NCBI GenBank assembly: GCA_040223615.1 | Contig: JAVKFY010000069.1 | Span: 1 to 64,000 of the forward strand | DNA: 64,000 nt | Direction of reading: 5' to 3' | DNA from: Alphaproteobacteria bacterium | GTDB taxonomy: Bacteria; Pseudomonadota; Alphaproteobacteria; GCA-2731375 | Shown: positions 27,309-37,809 of the stretch, piece by piece | Position numbering within the stretch: position 1 is the stretch's first letter | Layout: every line of letters starts with the position of its first letter | Notes under the pieces: model-generated | Seen by the model: the letters and a program-made list of their open reading frames with translations, nothing else | Told to the model about the DNA's origin: nothing | Databases searched by the model: none | Position numbers and translations under genes: made by a program

Positions 27309-28844
27309 TTACCAGTCCGGCGGCTGCCAGTCGACGCCCGCATCGAGCGGCAGGACCGGGCGCGGCAAGCCCTTCCAATCGAACCGCTCCAGCACCGGCG
27401 AGGTCAGGCCGGCGGTGTCGACCTCGACGACCTGCTCGGGCTTGAACCACGGCGCGAAGCCGGCCCGGAAGTGGCCACGCGATTTCACCACCACGGTCCG
27501 CGCGCTTCCCGGATCGAAACCGAAATGCTCGAAATAGGCCGGGTCGGCGCATTGCTGGCGGTTCGAGATCACCACAACGGTGGCGCCGCCGATCCTCAGC
27601 GCCGCGGCCGGGCCGATGTCGACCAGCCGGTTGGCGGTGATGCCGAGCCGGCCGACGAATGTCGGCCCGGCCAGCTTCACCACCTCCGCCTCGGCCTCGA
27701 TGCGCTTGCCGAAGCGGCTGTTGCCGGCGCGGTTGAACACGGCGTTGAACGTCGCGCCCTCGCCCAGCGCGACGGCTTCCTCGGCCAGCGCCGGGTCGAC
27801 CATGCAGCCGACCAGCACGCCCTGCGCGCCGGACTCGATCAGCGCGCCGAGCAGTTCGGTGGTATCGCCGCCACCGCCGCCGCCGGGGTTGTCGCCAGCA
27901 TCGGAATAGATCATCGCCGGCAGCTTCGGATCCGCCGCGGTGCGCTTCGCCAGGTCGACCGCGTCGGCCACCGAGGTCAGCGTGCGCTTGAACCGGCCAC
28001 GCTGCGACCAGCCATATTCAGCGACCTCCTTGCACAGTGCCTTCGCCTTGACCGCGTCGTCGCGCGCGGTCACGACGATGGCGACGCCGTTCTCCGGCGT
28101 ATCGGAGAACACGAAGCCGCCCAGCACCGACACGTTCATGATGTCGCCGGCGAACTCCGCGGCGCGGCGCTGCCCCAACGCGATCATGTCGGCATACGGG
28201 CCTTCCGCGGTCAGCAGGGTGACCGACGGCGGCGTGATCGGCAGCCGGATGAAGGCCGACGTCGGACGCGCCTGCCCGGCCAGGATCAGCCGCATGTTCA
28301 CCGCCGCCTCCTGCCCACGCTGCACCATGTCGACATGCGGGTTGGTCAGGTACCCGATCAGCATGGTCGACGCCTCGACCATGCGCTCGGAGATGTTGGC
28401 GTGCAGGTCGAGCGTCACCAGGATCGGCACGTTCGGGCCAACGACGGCGCGGATCGCCGCCATCATCTCGCCGTCCGGATCGGTCGAGCCGGTCGAGGTC
28501 ATCGCGCCGTGGTTGGCCAGGAACACGCCATCGACCGGTCCCGCCGCCTTCAGCATGGCGACGATCTTGTCGAGCGTGCGGGTGAAGAAGTCGTGGTCGA
28601 TCGGCCCGTAGGGCTGCGTCGCGGCGAACACCAGCGGCACCGGCTCCCAGGCGCCGGTGGCGTTCATCGTGGCCACGAAACTCGACATCTCGCGCGGCAT
28701 CGGCGACGGGTCGGCCACCGCCACGTCGACGATCTCCTGGCCCTCCAGGTAGATGCGCTTGCGAAATTCCGCCTCGTCGGCGACCGGCGCGAAAGCGTTG
28801 CTCTCCAGCATGATGCCGGCGAGCGCGATGCGGGGGGCGGACAT
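27309..28844 (-). CDS. M81 family metallopeptidase (MlrC/microcystinase C-like; DUF1485+DUF1486)
   Basis: Start MSAPRIALAGIMLESNAF…; two-domain MlrC architecture. Confidence 0.75.
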   Translation of the reverse strand: MSAPRIALAGIMLESNAFAPVADEAEFRKRIYLEGQEIVDVAVADPSPMPREMSSFVATMNATGAWEPVPLVFAATQPYGPIDHDFFTRTLDKIVAMLKAAGPVDGVFLANHGAMTSTGSTDPDGEMMAAIRAVVGPNVPILVTLDLHANISERMVEASTMLIGYLTNPHVDMVQRGQEAAVNMRLILAGQARPTSAFIRLPITPPSVTLLTAEGPYADMIALGQRRAAEFAGDIMNVSVLGGFVFSDTPENGVAIVVTARDDAVKAKALCKEVAEYGWSQRGRFKRTLTSVADAVDLAKRTAADPKLPAMIYSDAGDNPGGGGGGDTTELLGALIESGAQGVLVGCMVDPALAEEAVALGEGATFNAVFNRAGNSRFGKRIEAEAEVVKLAGPTFVGRLGITANRLVDIGPAAALRIGGATVVVISNRQQCADPAYFEHFGFDPGSARTVVVKSRGHFRAGFAPWFKPEQVVEVDTAGLTSPVLERFDWKGLPRPVLPLDAGVDWQPPDW

Positions 28845-28918
28845 GGGCGGACCTCTCGACTGTGCCGGCATCTTCCGCGATTGCACGCCCGCCAGCCAGC
28901 CCACATCATGTGGGCGAC

Positions 28919-29779
28919 ATGGAAGATGTACTGAAGATCAGCCGGCCTACGGGCGCGCCGGCGCCGGTGGTATTCGACTCGCCGCATTCCGGCCGGCACT
29001 TTCCGGCCGATGCCGGGGCGGAGCTTGACGTCGCGCGGCTCGGCATCGGCGCCGACCGGCTGGTCGACGAACTGTTCGCGGACGCCCCGCAGCACGGCGC
29101 GGTGCTGATCGCGGCGCATTTCAGCCGCGCCTATATCGACCCGAACCGGCACGAGAACGATCTCGACCCCGGCATGCTGGACGAGCCCTGGCCGCAACCG
29201 CTGCGCCCAACCGCCTCGACCAAGCGCGGGCGCGGCCTGATCTGGCGCTACACCGGCAAGGGCGAGGCGATCTACGGCGACCGCCGGCTCGGCACGCGGG
29301 AAATCCGGCAACGGGTCGAGAATTACTGGCGGCCCTACCACGATGCGCTGGCCGAGGCGCTGGACGGCCTGCACGCCCGCTTCGGCGCGGTCTGGCACGT
29401 GAACTGCCACTCGATGGGCTCGATCGGCCGCAAGCGCCACCCCGATCCGGGCCGGCAGCGCGCCGACTTCACCATCTCCGACCGAGACGGCAGCACCTGC
29501 GATGCGGCATTCCTCGACCATGTCGGGCAGACGCTGGGCGAAATGGGCTACTCGGTGGCGATCAACGATCCGTATCTCGGCATGGAGCTGATCCGCCGCC
29601 ACGGCCGTCCGCGGCACGACCGGCACAGCATGCAGATCGAGATCAATCGCCGGCTCTACCTGGACGAGAAGACCATGCGCCGGCATGACGGCTTCGAGCG
29701 GCTGCGCGAGGATCTGTCGCGGCTGGCCGCCTCGGTCTGTGACTACGCCCGTGCCGCCAGCCGGGCCGACGTCGCGTGA
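28919..29779 (+). CDS. N-formylglutamate amidohydrolase family protein (FGase/HutG-like)
   Basis: MEDVLKISRPTGAPAPVVFDSPHSGRHFP… motif of the FGase family. Confidence 0.7.
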   Translation: MEDVLKISRPTGAPAPVVFDSPHSGRHFPADAGAELDVARLGIGADRLVDELFADAPQHGAVLIAAHFSRAYIDPNRHENDLDPGMLDEPWPQPLRPTASTKRGRGLIWRYTGKGEAIYGDRRLGTREIRQRVENYWRPYHDALAEALDGLHARFGAVWHVNCHSMGSIGRKRHPDPGRQRADFTISDRDGSTCDAAFLDHVGQTLGEMGYSVAINDPYLGMELIRRHGRPRHDRHSMQIEINRRLYLDEKTMRRHDGFERLREDLSRLAASVCDYARAASRADVA

Positions 29780-29848
29780 GCGCGCCACCGCACGCTCTCG
29801 ACTTCGACCCGGCCTCGACGCGATGCGTCGAGCCCGTAGGGCTCGGCC

Positions 29849-30940
29849 ATGAGTAGAATTCCACCGCCTTTCGCCAACAGCTACGTCGAAGCGCGCAAGC
29901 TGTTCCTGGCCGCCGCCGCGGCAGTCGGTGCCGATATCGAGACACATCGCCATCCGCTGCCGGGCCCCGACGGCGCGCCACTGTTCACCGACATCGCCTG
30001 GCTCGGCCCGGCCGACGCACGCCGGGTGATGCTGACCTGCTCCGGCACGCACGGGGTCGAAGGATACTGCGGCTCCGGCTGCCAGGTCGCGTGGCTAGGC
30101 AGCGCCGCGCCGAAGAGCTTGCCGCGCGGCACGGCGGCGGTGCTGGTACACGCGATCAACCCGTTCGGCTTCGCCTGGGACCGGCGCGTGAACGAGGACA
30201 ATGTCGACATCAACCGCAACTTCGTCGACCACGCCAAGCCGCCCGAGAATGCCCTGTGGCCGGAGATCGCCGACGTTCTGACGCCAGAGGTCTGGGACGA
30301 TGGCGCGCGCAAGGTGATGGGCGTGGCGATCAACCTGTTCATCGAGCGCCACGACCAGCGCGCCTACATCGCCGCCGCCTCGTCCGGCCAGTTCAGCCAC
30401 CCCGACGGCATTTTCTATGGCGGCGCCGCACCGGTCTGGTCGAACCGGGTGATGGACGGTTTCACCCGGCGCCGGCTGGGCCACGTGAAGCGGCTGGCGG
30501 TGATCGACTTCCACACCGGGCTGGGGCCGCGCGGCTACGGCGAACTGATCTGCCGCCACCCGACCGACAGCGAGTCCCTGGCGCGTGCACGACGCTGGTA
30601 TGGCAACGGCGTCACCTCGCCGGCCGCCGGTGAGAGCGGCTCGCCGGTGATCGACGGCAACCTGCGCATGGCCTTCGTCGGCTGGCTGCCGGAAGCCGAG
30701 GTCACCTCGGTCGCGATCGAGTACGGCACCTATCCGGAGGACAAGGTGTTCAATGCCCTGGTCGCCGACAACTGGCTGCACCTGCACGGCGACATGACCA
30801 CGCGCAAGGGCCGCGCCATCAAGGCCGACATCCGCGAGATGTTCTACCCCGACGCCGACGATTGGCGCGAGGCGGTGCTGGAACGCGCAGCGCAAGTCCA
30901 GGCCCGCGCCGTCGAAGGGCTGACCACGCCAGACGCTTGA
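29849..30940 (+). CDS. DUF2817 / M14-like (succinylglutamate desuccinylase/aspartoacylase-fold) protein
   Basis: 363 aa; HxxE…H zinc-ligand spacing pattern suggested (TCSGTHGVEGYCGS … HTGLGP). Confidence 0.55.
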   Translation: MSRIPPPFANSYVEARKLFLAAAAAVGADIETHRHPLPGPDGAPLFTDIAWLGPADARRVMLTCSGTHGVEGYCGSGCQVAWLGSAAPKSLPRGTAAVLVHAINPFGFAWDRRVNEDNVDINRNFVDHAKPPENALWPEIADVLTPEVWDDGARKVMGVAINLFIERHDQRAYIAAASSGQFSHPDGIFYGGAAPVWSNRVMDGFTRRRLGHVKRLAVIDFHTGLGPRGYGELICRHPTDSESLARARRWYGNGVTSPAAGESGSPVIDGNLRMAFVGWLPEAEVTSVAIEYGTYPEDKVFNALVADNWLHLHGDMTTRKGRAIKADIREMFYPDADDWREAVLERAAQVQARAVEGLTTPDA

Positions 30941-30950
30941 GGAGGCGGAG

Positions 30951-31364
30951 ATGATCGAAGGCCACTGCCTGTGCGGAGATGTGCGCTACGCGGCCGATGC
31001 GCCGGTGCTGTGGCAGGGCTACTGCCACTGCGAGAGCTGCCGCCGCTCGACGGCGTCGCCGGTCGCGGCCTTCCTGGGCGTGGCGGCGAAGGACTGCCGC
31101 TTTCCCGGCAGCGCGCCGGTCGCCTACGCGTCGTCGCCGGGCGTTAGGCGGTACTTCTGCGGCCGTTGCGGCACGCCGATCGCCTACGAATCCGAGGCGT
31201 TCCCGGGCGAACTGCACTTCTACGCCGCGACGCTCAACGACCCGAGCGGCTACGCCCCGACGTTTCACGTGCATGCCGGCGAGCGCCTGCCGTGGTTCGA
31301 CACGGCCGACGAATTGCCCCGCTTCCGACTGGGCACGTCGGGCGAGAAACTCGATCGCGGGTAG
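30951..31364 (+). CDS. GFA family protein (glutathione-dependent formaldehyde-activating enzyme/CENP-V fold)
   Basis: CxC…CxxC… zinc-binding pattern: HCLCGDVRY…GYCHCESCRR…YFCGRCGTPI. Confidence 0.75.
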   Translation: MIEGHCLCGDVRYAADAPVLWQGYCHCESCRRSTASPVAAFLGVAAKDCRFPGSAPVAYASSPGVRRYFCGRCGTPIAYESEAFPGELHFYAATLNDPSGYAPTFHVHAGERLPWFDTADELPRFRLGTSGEKLDRG

Positions 31365-31575
31365 CGAGATGGCCGGGTCAAGCCCACGGATGTCCCGTTA
31401 AGATTGGGGTGATTGTCCGTTTCCTGATGCCGCTCAGGCGGTTGCGCTGCTTCCGGCGGCATCGGACAGAAGAACAGCAACCGATTGGTCCAGCTTCTGG
31501 ACGTGGATGCCCCGAACAAGTCGGGGCATGACGACCTTATCAAAAGACATAGAAAACGCGTCATGGCCCAGCTTG

Positions 31576-31598
31576 TCCGGGCCATCCACGTCGCTGCG
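31576..31598 (-). terminator. putative intrinsic terminator downstream of nadK (reverse strand)
   Basis: ATGGCCC-9 nt-GGGCCAT hairpin; on the reverse strand it is followed by GACGCGUUUUCUAUGUCUUUUG (U-rich). Confidence 0.35.
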
Positions 31599-31682
31599 CT
31601 TGCAAAGACGTTGACGGGTGCGCGCAGGACCGGACGGACTTAAACGGACACCCGTGAACCTGATCCGGGCATCCAGGCGGCG

Positions 31683-32453
31683 TCAGGGAATGAACTGCTC
31701 GTTCAGGATGCGCTCTTCCAGGTTGTGTTCGGGGTCGAACATGATCTGGATGGTGATGTCGCGCGCTTCCTCGACATTCACCTCGACGATATCGCGGACC
31801 TCGGCGGCGTCGGCCACCGCGCTCACCGGGCGCTTGAAATTCTCCAGGATCTCGAACTTCACGTGCGCCTCGCGCGGCAACAGCGCGCCGCGCCAGCGCC
31901 GCGGCCGGAACGCGCTGATCGGGGTCAGCGCCAGCACCCCGGCGTTGACCGGCAGGATCGGGCCGTGCGCCGACAGGTTGTAGGCGGTCGAGCCGGCCGG
32001 CGTCGCCACCAGCAGGCCGTCGCAGATCACCTCGTTGACCCGCACCCGACCGTCGATGGAGATGCGGATCTTCGCCGCCTGGCGGGTCTGGCGCAACAGC
32101 GAGACCTCGTTGATCGCCACCGCCTGCTGTTCCATGCCGCCGTCATTGACCGTGGTCATGCGCAGCGGGTGCAGTTCGGAGGCCTGCGCCCGGGCGATCC
32201 GCGCCGGCAGGTCGTCGACCTCGTAGGTGTTCATCAGGAAGCCGACGGTGCCCTTGTTCATGCCGTAGATCGGCACCGCGCGGCGCATGTGCCGGTGCAT
32301 GGTCTGCAACATGAAGCCGTCACCGCCGAGCGCGACGATCACGTCGGCCTCGTCCGGCGCGACGAACTCGTAGCGCGACTGCAGCTCGGTCAGTCCCTCC
32401 TGGGCACTGGGCGCGGGGCTGGCGACCAGGGCCAGTTTCTGGGCCTGCGACAT
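31683..32453 (-). CDS. nadK: NAD(+) kinase
   Basis: GGDGFML motif, [30 protein letters not shown] conserved NadK blocks. Confidence 0.85.
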   Translation of the reverse strand: MSQAQKLALVASPAPSAQEGLTELQSRYEFVAPDEADVIVALGGDGFMLQTMHRHMRRAVPIYGMNKGTVGFLMNTYEVDDLPARIARAQASELHPLRMTTVNDGGMEQQAVAINEVSLLRQTRQAAKIRISIDGRVRVNEVICDGLLVATPAGSTAYNLSAHGPILPVNAGVLALTPISAFRPRRWRGALLPREAHVKFEILENFKRPVSAVADAAEVRDIVEVNVEEARDITIQIMFDPEHNLEERILNEQFIP

Positions 32454-32560
32454 GGGATTCTCGCTCCAGGGTTGGGCGCCGGACCGGCGGGCATTGCGGC
32501 GCGGCTCAGTATAGACCAACCTCGCGGCAGCGCCATGTCGCAGCGCCTTCGGAGCCGTCC

Positions 32561-33058
32561 ATGTTGCCAATCCGCCTCACCGCCGCCCTGTTGCTCAGCC
32601 TCGTCCTCGCCGGTCCAGCCGCCGCGCAGGGCGACGACAAGGTCAAGACCGACCGTCACGCGCTGTACTACTACCCGGAGACGACCAGCGCCGAGACCTA
32701 TGTGGCCCGCGCCCGCACCCTGGACGACGCCAGCCGCGAGAAGCGCATCGGCTTCGTGGTGGCGCACACGCTGGGCCAGGCGCAACGGCCCTACCCGCCG
32801 CGCTACGCGCTCTATGCCAAGGGCGACGAGGCGGAGAAGCTGCTCCTGATCGGCCTTTACGACGAGACCTTCCTGACGCTGTACCGTGCCCGTGCGGTGC
32901 TGGCGCAGATGACCGCTTTGGCCCGCAGCTCGGACTTGTTCCGCACGCTGGCGGTGGAGGACTACTTCACGTTCTTCGACCTGCTGAAGATGCTCGGCTT
33001 CCGCCAGATCACGATTTCTGACGGCGACACCTACACGCACCAGGTGACCATCGAGTAG
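32561..33058 (+). CDS. hypothetical secreted protein
   Basis: 165 aa with cleavable signal peptide ([15 protein letters not shown]); no family recognised. Confidence 0.5.
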   Translation: MLPIRLTAALLLSLVLAGPAAAQGDDKVKTDRHALYYYPETTSAETYVARARTLDDASREKRIGFVVAHTLGQAQRPYPPRYALYAKGDEAEKLLLIGLYDETFLTLYRARAVLAQMTALARSSDLFRTLAVEDYFTFFDLLKMLGFRQITISDGDTYTHQVTIE

Positions 33059-33318
33059 CCGCCCCGATTTGGCACAAGCTGGTCACGGTCGACCAACGTC
33101 ATCGGGCGTGCCGACTCAGGTCAATGTCCCGTGGGACAGTGATTCAGCGCACTTTCTACAGACCATAAAAATTTAGTGTTTAGGTTAAAAACTTACCCTA
33201 GTTCTTTGATATTAATAGTAAATCAGATCAAGGAACAATTTTCATAATTCCGTAACCGTGAATTGGCACGGCGCCTGCATCACCTTCCTCGACGAAGCCT
33301 ATAACGGGGGAGCCGAAG

Positions 33319-33474
33319 ATGGCCCGCACCAACGACGACTTCGACTACGAGAGCACTGAGGACGAGCGCCTGCTGCTGGATCTGGATGACCTGGACCAGG
33401 ACGAAAGCGACTGCCTGGCGATCCTGTCGGTGCACAACGGGAGTTTCGGCCGTCCGGCGCTCGACGAGTACTGA
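33319..33474 (+). CDS. putative small acidic protein (51 aa)
   Basis: MARTNDDFDYESTEDERLLLDLDDLDQDESDCLAILSVHNGSFGRPALDEY; GGGGGAG RBS 6 nt upstream; sits after an AT-rich intergenic tract. Confidence 0.35.
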   Translation: MARTNDDFDYESTEDERLLLDLDDLDQDESDCLAILSVHNGSFGRPALDEY

Positions 33475-33530
33475 GACGTTCTTGGATTGCTGACGCCGGC
33501 GGGCATCCGCCGGTCCGATCTCAGCGTGAC

Positions 33531-34553
33531 CTAGCCGCCGGTCACGCTCATGTGCCGCCCCACCGCCGGGCGCTTGTTACGGCGGTCGATCACGAAATCA
33601 TGCCCCTTGGGCTTCCGACCGATCGCCTCGTCGATCGCCTCGTCCAGCAGACTGTCATCGGCGCTGGCGCGCAGCGGCGCACGCAGGTCGGCGGCATCGT
33701 CCTGTCCCAGACACATGTAGAGCGTGCCGGTGCAGGTCAGCCGCACCCGGTTGCAGGATTCGCAGAAATTGTGCGTCAGCGGCGTGATGAAGCCGACCCG
33801 GCCGCCGGTCTCCCGCACCCGCACGTAGCGCGCCGGCCCGCCGGTCTGGTAGTCGATATCCTCCAGCGTCCAACGTTCCTGCAACCGCGCGCGCACCAGC
33901 GACAGCGGCAGGTACTGGTCGGTGCGGTCACCGTCGATATCGCCCATCGGCATGGTCTCGATCAGCGTCAGGTCCATGCCGCGATCGCCGCACCAGGCGA
34001 TCATGTCGTCGTATTCGTCCTCGTTGACGCCCTTCAGCGCCACCGCGTTGATCTTGATCTTCAGACCCGCAGCCTGCGCCGCGTCCAGCCCGGCCATGAC
34101 CTTGTCGAGCTTGCCCCAACGGGTGATGCGCAGGAACTTGTCCGGGTCCAGCGTGTCGACCGAGACGTTCACCCGGCGCACCCCGGCCTTGACCAGCGGT
34201 TCGGCGAAGCGGGCGAGCTGGCTGCCGTTGGTGGTCAGCGTCAGTTCTTCCAGGCCACCGCCATCCAGCAGCGAGCCGAGACTGTCGATCAGGGTCATGA
34301 TGTCGCGCCGCACCAGCGGCTCGCCGCCAGTCAGCCGCAGCTTCTTCACGCCGCGCCGGACGAAGGCACCGCACAGCCGGTCCAGCTCCTCCAGGCTCAG
34401 CACCTCGGCCTTCGGCAGGAAGGTCATGTCCTCCGCCATGCAGTAGACGCAGCGGAAGTCGCAGCGGTCGGTGACCGAGACGCGCAAATACGAGATCGCC
34501 CGCCCGAAGGGGTCGATCATCTGCGGATCAGAAGCATGATGTGCCATGCCCAT
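33531..34553 (-). CDS. moaA: GTP 3',8-cyclase MoaA (radical SAM)
   Basis: CDFRCVYCM radical-SAM cysteine motif, C-terminal [13 protein letters not shown] second cluster. Confidence 0.9.
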   Translation of the reverse strand: MGMAHHASDPQMIDPFGRAISYLRVSVTDRCDFRCVYCMAEDMTFLPKAEVLSLEELDRLCGAFVRRGVKKLRLTGGEPLVRRDIMTLIDSLGSLLDGGGLEELTLTTNGSQLARFAEPLVKAGVRRVNVSVDTLDPDKFLRITRWGKLDKVMAGLDAAQAAGLKIKINAVALKGVNEDEYDDMIAWCGDRGMDLTLIETMPMGDIDGDRTDQYLPLSLVRARLQERWTLEDIDYQTGGPARYVRVRETGGRVGFITPLTHNFCESCNRVRLTCTGTLYMCLGQDDAADLRAPLRASADDSLLDEAIDEAIGRKPKGHDFVIDRRNKRPAVGRHMSVTGG

Positions 34554-34596
34554 AATGTAGTCGCGCCGGGCCCGCGATGCCAGCGGGCGCGTCGAT

Positions 34597-35793
34597 TCAG
34601 GCGCTGGGCAATCCGTCCAGGCTGGCCAGCGCGGCGTTGTAGTCCTCGTCGCGCGCCCACTGCGCGACCACCGCCTCGGCGGCCTCGCGGCTGGTGGCGT
34701 CGTAGAACTTGACCAGCCGGCGCAGCCCGACCTGGTCCAGCTCCTCGCCGTTGTTCAGCGCCTTGCGGGTCAGCCGATAGACGCTGACGAAGGCGGCACG
34801 ATCAATGCCGATGGCGCAGCACGCCACCGCCAGCCCCTCGCCGCCGGGCTCGTAGGCGATCCGCCGCACCAGTACCGTCGGAATTCCGGTCAGCTTCGCC
34901 AGCGCCAGCTCGAACAGCGTGATCTGCCCCTGGCTCAGCGACTTGATGACGAAGCGGGGCGTCAACTCGCCGGCGACGTGCAGCTTGTCGACCAGCCGCT
35001 GCGCCGCCGACAGCGCCGCCTCGGTCGGCTCCGCCATCGCGGCGCCATCGCTGACCAGGCCGGAAAGCTGGTCGTCCAGCGCGCCAACGTCGATCTCGTA
35101 GTGCTGCACGATATGCTGGCGCAGCGCCGCGGAGACCCAGGCGCACATCTTCTTGGCCAGGGCCTCCGGCAAGTCATCGCGGCCGACAAGCGGCCGCTGG
35201 AACCGGTCGACGCGGCGCGATTCCTCCACCAGGTGCTGCATCACGTCATCGCCCAGCCGCGCGCTCGGATTGTTCAGCAGGCTGACGATCACGTCTTCGT
35301 TGCCGCTCTCGACCAGTGCCGAGCTGACCTTTTCCGACAGGCCCCGGCGCACCGACACCGCGAGCTGATGCTGCATCGACCGGTGCCGGATGATTTCGAT
35401 CAGGTCCGGATCGCGCAACAACGCGCTCTGCGCCAGGATCGGATATGCGACCTCGATCTCGTCGTTGGCGAGCAACGTCAGCAGTTCCGGCGGCACGCGC
35501 TCATTCTCCGCGACGCGCCGGGCCAATGCGGAACGTACGGCGCGCTCCACCTCGCCGGTCAGACGCTGCAGGATGTCGAGCATCAGGTCGCGCTCGGCAT
35601 CCTTCAGCGTGTTGCCACGGCGCTCGAACAGGTCGGAAATCGCGGTGAACAGGTCGGCGCGACCCTGGCGGTTCTTCTTCGCCGCGAGCGCGAGCAGGCC
35701 ACCGACCTCGGAGTCGATGCTCGCGGTCGACACCGGTAACGGTCCCGACGCGATCCGCGCCACGCTCAGTGCTTCGCTCATGGTGGTGAGCAC
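34597..35793 (-). CDS. DUF2336 domain-containing protein
   Basis: 398 aa all-helical protein matching the alphaproteobacterial DUF2336 pattern. Confidence 0.65.
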   Translation of the reverse strand: MLTTMSEALSVARIASGPLPVSTASIDSEVGGLLALAAKKNRQGRADLFTAISDLFERRGNTLKDAERDLMLDILQRLTGEVERAVRSALARRVAENERVPPELLTLLANDEIEVAYPILAQSALLRDPDLIEIIRHRSMQHQLAVSVRRGLSEKVSSALVESGNEDVIVSLLNNPSARLGDDVMQHLVEESRRVDRFQRPLVGRDDLPEALAKKMCAWVSAALRQHIVQHYEIDVGALDDQLSGLVSDGAAMAEPTEAALSAAQRLVDKLHVAGELTPRFVIKSLSQGQITLFELALAKLTGIPTVLVRRIAYEPGGEGLAVACCAIGIDRAAFVSVYRLTRKALNNGEELDQVGLRRLVKFYDATSREAAEAVVAQWARDEDYNAALASLDGLPSA

Positions 35794-35894
35794 CCCTGCG
35801 TCCTTTGCCCCAGACCAACGCTAGGCGCCGACGCTTAACGAAGCGTTTATCTTGCCGCTTGTCCCATCTTGGTCACAAAAGCTACACCGCCAGC

Positions 35895-37253
35895 TCATTC
35901 GGTAATGGTGCGGTCCAGGTACACGGTCCCATCCACCTGGCGCGTCGTCAGGGTATGCGCGCCGGTGGCGTGGCGCTGGCCCGTTGCCGGCCCCGCCGGG
36001 GCCAGCAGGTCGCGGCCGTCCATGCCTTGGTTCGGCAGCCCCAGCAGCGTCAGAAGCGTCGGCGCCACGTCGACGATCCCGGCCGGCGTTTCGTCGCGGC
36101 GCGCATCGCCGAAGGCCGGCCCCGACAGCACCAGCACGTTGTTGAGCTCGGCCAGGGTGAGGCCGCCATGCATGCCGCAGCCGGTGGGGATGTCGCCATT
36201 GTCGTGCCGCCCGACACCAGCCGGCGCGCCGTTGGCGGCGGCCATCGACTGTGCCAGCACGAAAACGATGTCGCCGGCGCGCGGATGGTCCAGGTTCGCC
36301 GCCGCCAGCGGCAGCGCGCCGTCGATCTCGCCGCGTGCGAACACCGGCCCGCACCAGTCCTGCTGCCTCAGCCAGCGGCAGACCGGGTCCGGGTCTGCGC
36401 CGTTCAGGTACAGGCTGCCGCACAGACCCGCCACCGCGTCCACGTCAGTGCCCAGCCCCGCCCGCGCCAGCTTCGCCGGCAGACCGACCGGGCCGCCCAG
36501 CGTCGACAGGTGGCCATGATCCGACAGCACCACCAGGTTGATATCGCGCCCGTCGATCCAGGCCAGCAACCGGCCCAGCTCACGGTCGCAGGCGGTAATC
36601 GCGGCCCGCGCCGCACGGCTGCCGACACCTCGATAGTGGTAGGAGCCGTCCGGCTCGGAGAACCAGACGATGGCCACGGTCGGGTCGACCTCCGGCACCA
36701 GGAAGTCCATGTAGGCGTCGGCCAGCCAGGCGAGCTGCGCCGAATTCGGCAGGCTCGCGCGCGGCACCGGCCCGATCCGCTCGACCATCGCCGCCAGCGC
36801 GTCGGGCGTGGCCGAGCGCGCCGGCCCGTGCAGCGATACGTTGACCTCGCCATGATCCAGCGCGTCGAGGTTCAACAGCCGGTTGCCGCCCGGCGTGCCG
36901 CAGCCGGCCACCGCCAGACTGCCGCCGGCCGCGCGCAGCCGCTCCGCCAGGCTCGGCATGTCGAGCAGCCGGCCGACCTTGGTGGCCGCATCGAGCTGTT
37001 CGTAGTTGGCCGTGTTGAACATCTCGCCCGGCCGCAATTCCGGCGCGTGGAACTTGTTCGCCACCAGCCCGTGCCGCGCCGGGTGGCAACCGGTGATCAG
37101 GCTGGCCTGGTTCACCCGGGTCTCCGACGGAAACACCGACCGGCTCTCCGGAAAGTGCACGCCCTCGCCCGCCAGCCGCGAGAGGTTCGGCATCAGTTCC
37201 GGAGTGACGTGGTCGGCGCGCAGACCATCGAACACCAGCACCAGGAACTTCAT
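35895..37253 (-). CDS. alkaline phosphatase superfamily protein (type I phosphodiesterase/nucleotide pyrophosphatase)
   Basis: MKFLVLVFDGLRADHV… metal-ligand N-terminus, DHGH motif (VVLSDHGHLS). Confidence 0.75.
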   Translation of the reverse strand: MKFLVLVFDGLRADHVTPELMPNLSRLAGEGVHFPESRSVFPSETRVNQASLITGCHPARHGLVANKFHAPELRPGEMFNTANYEQLDAATKVGRLLDMPSLAERLRAAGGSLAVAGCGTPGGNRLLNLDALDHGEVNVSLHGPARSATPDALAAMVERIGPVPRASLPNSAQLAWLADAYMDFLVPEVDPTVAIVWFSEPDGSYHYRGVGSRAARAAITACDRELGRLLAWIDGRDINLVVLSDHGHLSTLGGPVGLPAKLARAGLGTDVDAVAGLCGSLYLNGADPDPVCRWLRQQDWCGPVFARGEIDGALPLAAANLDHPRAGDIVFVLAQSMAAANGAPAGVGRHDNGDIPTGCGMHGGLTLAELNNVLVLSGPAFGDARRDETPAGIVDVAPTLLTLLGLPNQGMDGRDLLAPAGPATGQRHATGAHTLTTRQVDGTVYLDRTITE

Positions 37254-37702
37254 GCCGCCGGCCGCCGCCGTGTCATCTGCAGTGCCTTCAGCGTCATCAC
37301 TGTTTCACCGTCTTGGTTGTTCACCGCGTAGGCGATGACCACGATGCCGCGATCCGGCTTGGAGCGCGATGGCCGCTTGTCTTCGACCGTGAGGTCCACA
37401 TGTATGGTATCGCCCGGCCGCACCGGTTTCAGCCACCGCAGCTCGTCCAGGCCCGGCGAGCCCAGCGACGTGCCGGTCAGGATGTTGGACAGCGTGACCA
37501 GCCGGAACGCCACCGAGCCGATCTGCCAGCCGCTGGCGATCAGCCCGCCGTAGATCGACTCCGCCGCCGCGCCCTTGTCGAGATGAAACGGCTGCGGGTC
37601 ATAGTGCATGGCAAAGTCGATGATCTGCGACTCGGTGATCGTTGCCGCCGGCGTCCGGATCACCTGCCCGACCTCGTAGTCCTCGAAATACATCCCATCC
37701 AT
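37250..37702 (-). CDS. MaoC family dehydratase (hot-dog fold)
   Basis: Start MDGMYFEDYEVGQV… with GAAAGGAGG RBS; R-hydratase motif region. Confidence 0.75.
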   Translation of the reverse strand: MDGMYFEDYEVGQVIRTPAATITESQIIDFAMHYDPQPFHLDKGAAAESIYGGLIASGWQIGSVAFRLVTLSNILTGTSLGSPGLDELRWLKPVRPGDTIHVDLTVEDKRPSRSKPDRGIVVIAYAVNNQDGETVMTLKALQMTRRRPAA

Positions 37703-37809
37703 CGCCGGCCTCCTTTCGCCCATCGCGACGACAGATACGTGAACCGACGGCACGACGCTATCCGAAGCTTGCCGTCGCCATGCTAGATTCCGACACGGGA
37801 GGAACGCCG

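Noticed and set aside
31265-31585. 106-aa reverse-strand ORF in the GFA–nadK intergenic region
   Set aside because: Low-complexity, Ser/Pro/Arg-rich translation. The region is better explained as the nadK 3' UTR with a terminator hairpin
35830-35870. Hairpin CGCTTAACGAAGCG followed by a T-run on the plus strand between the DUF2336 and phosphodiesterase genes
   Set aside because: It has terminator-like shape only on the plus strand, where no gene ends. Both flanking genes are on the reverse strand, so a terminator role is unsupported
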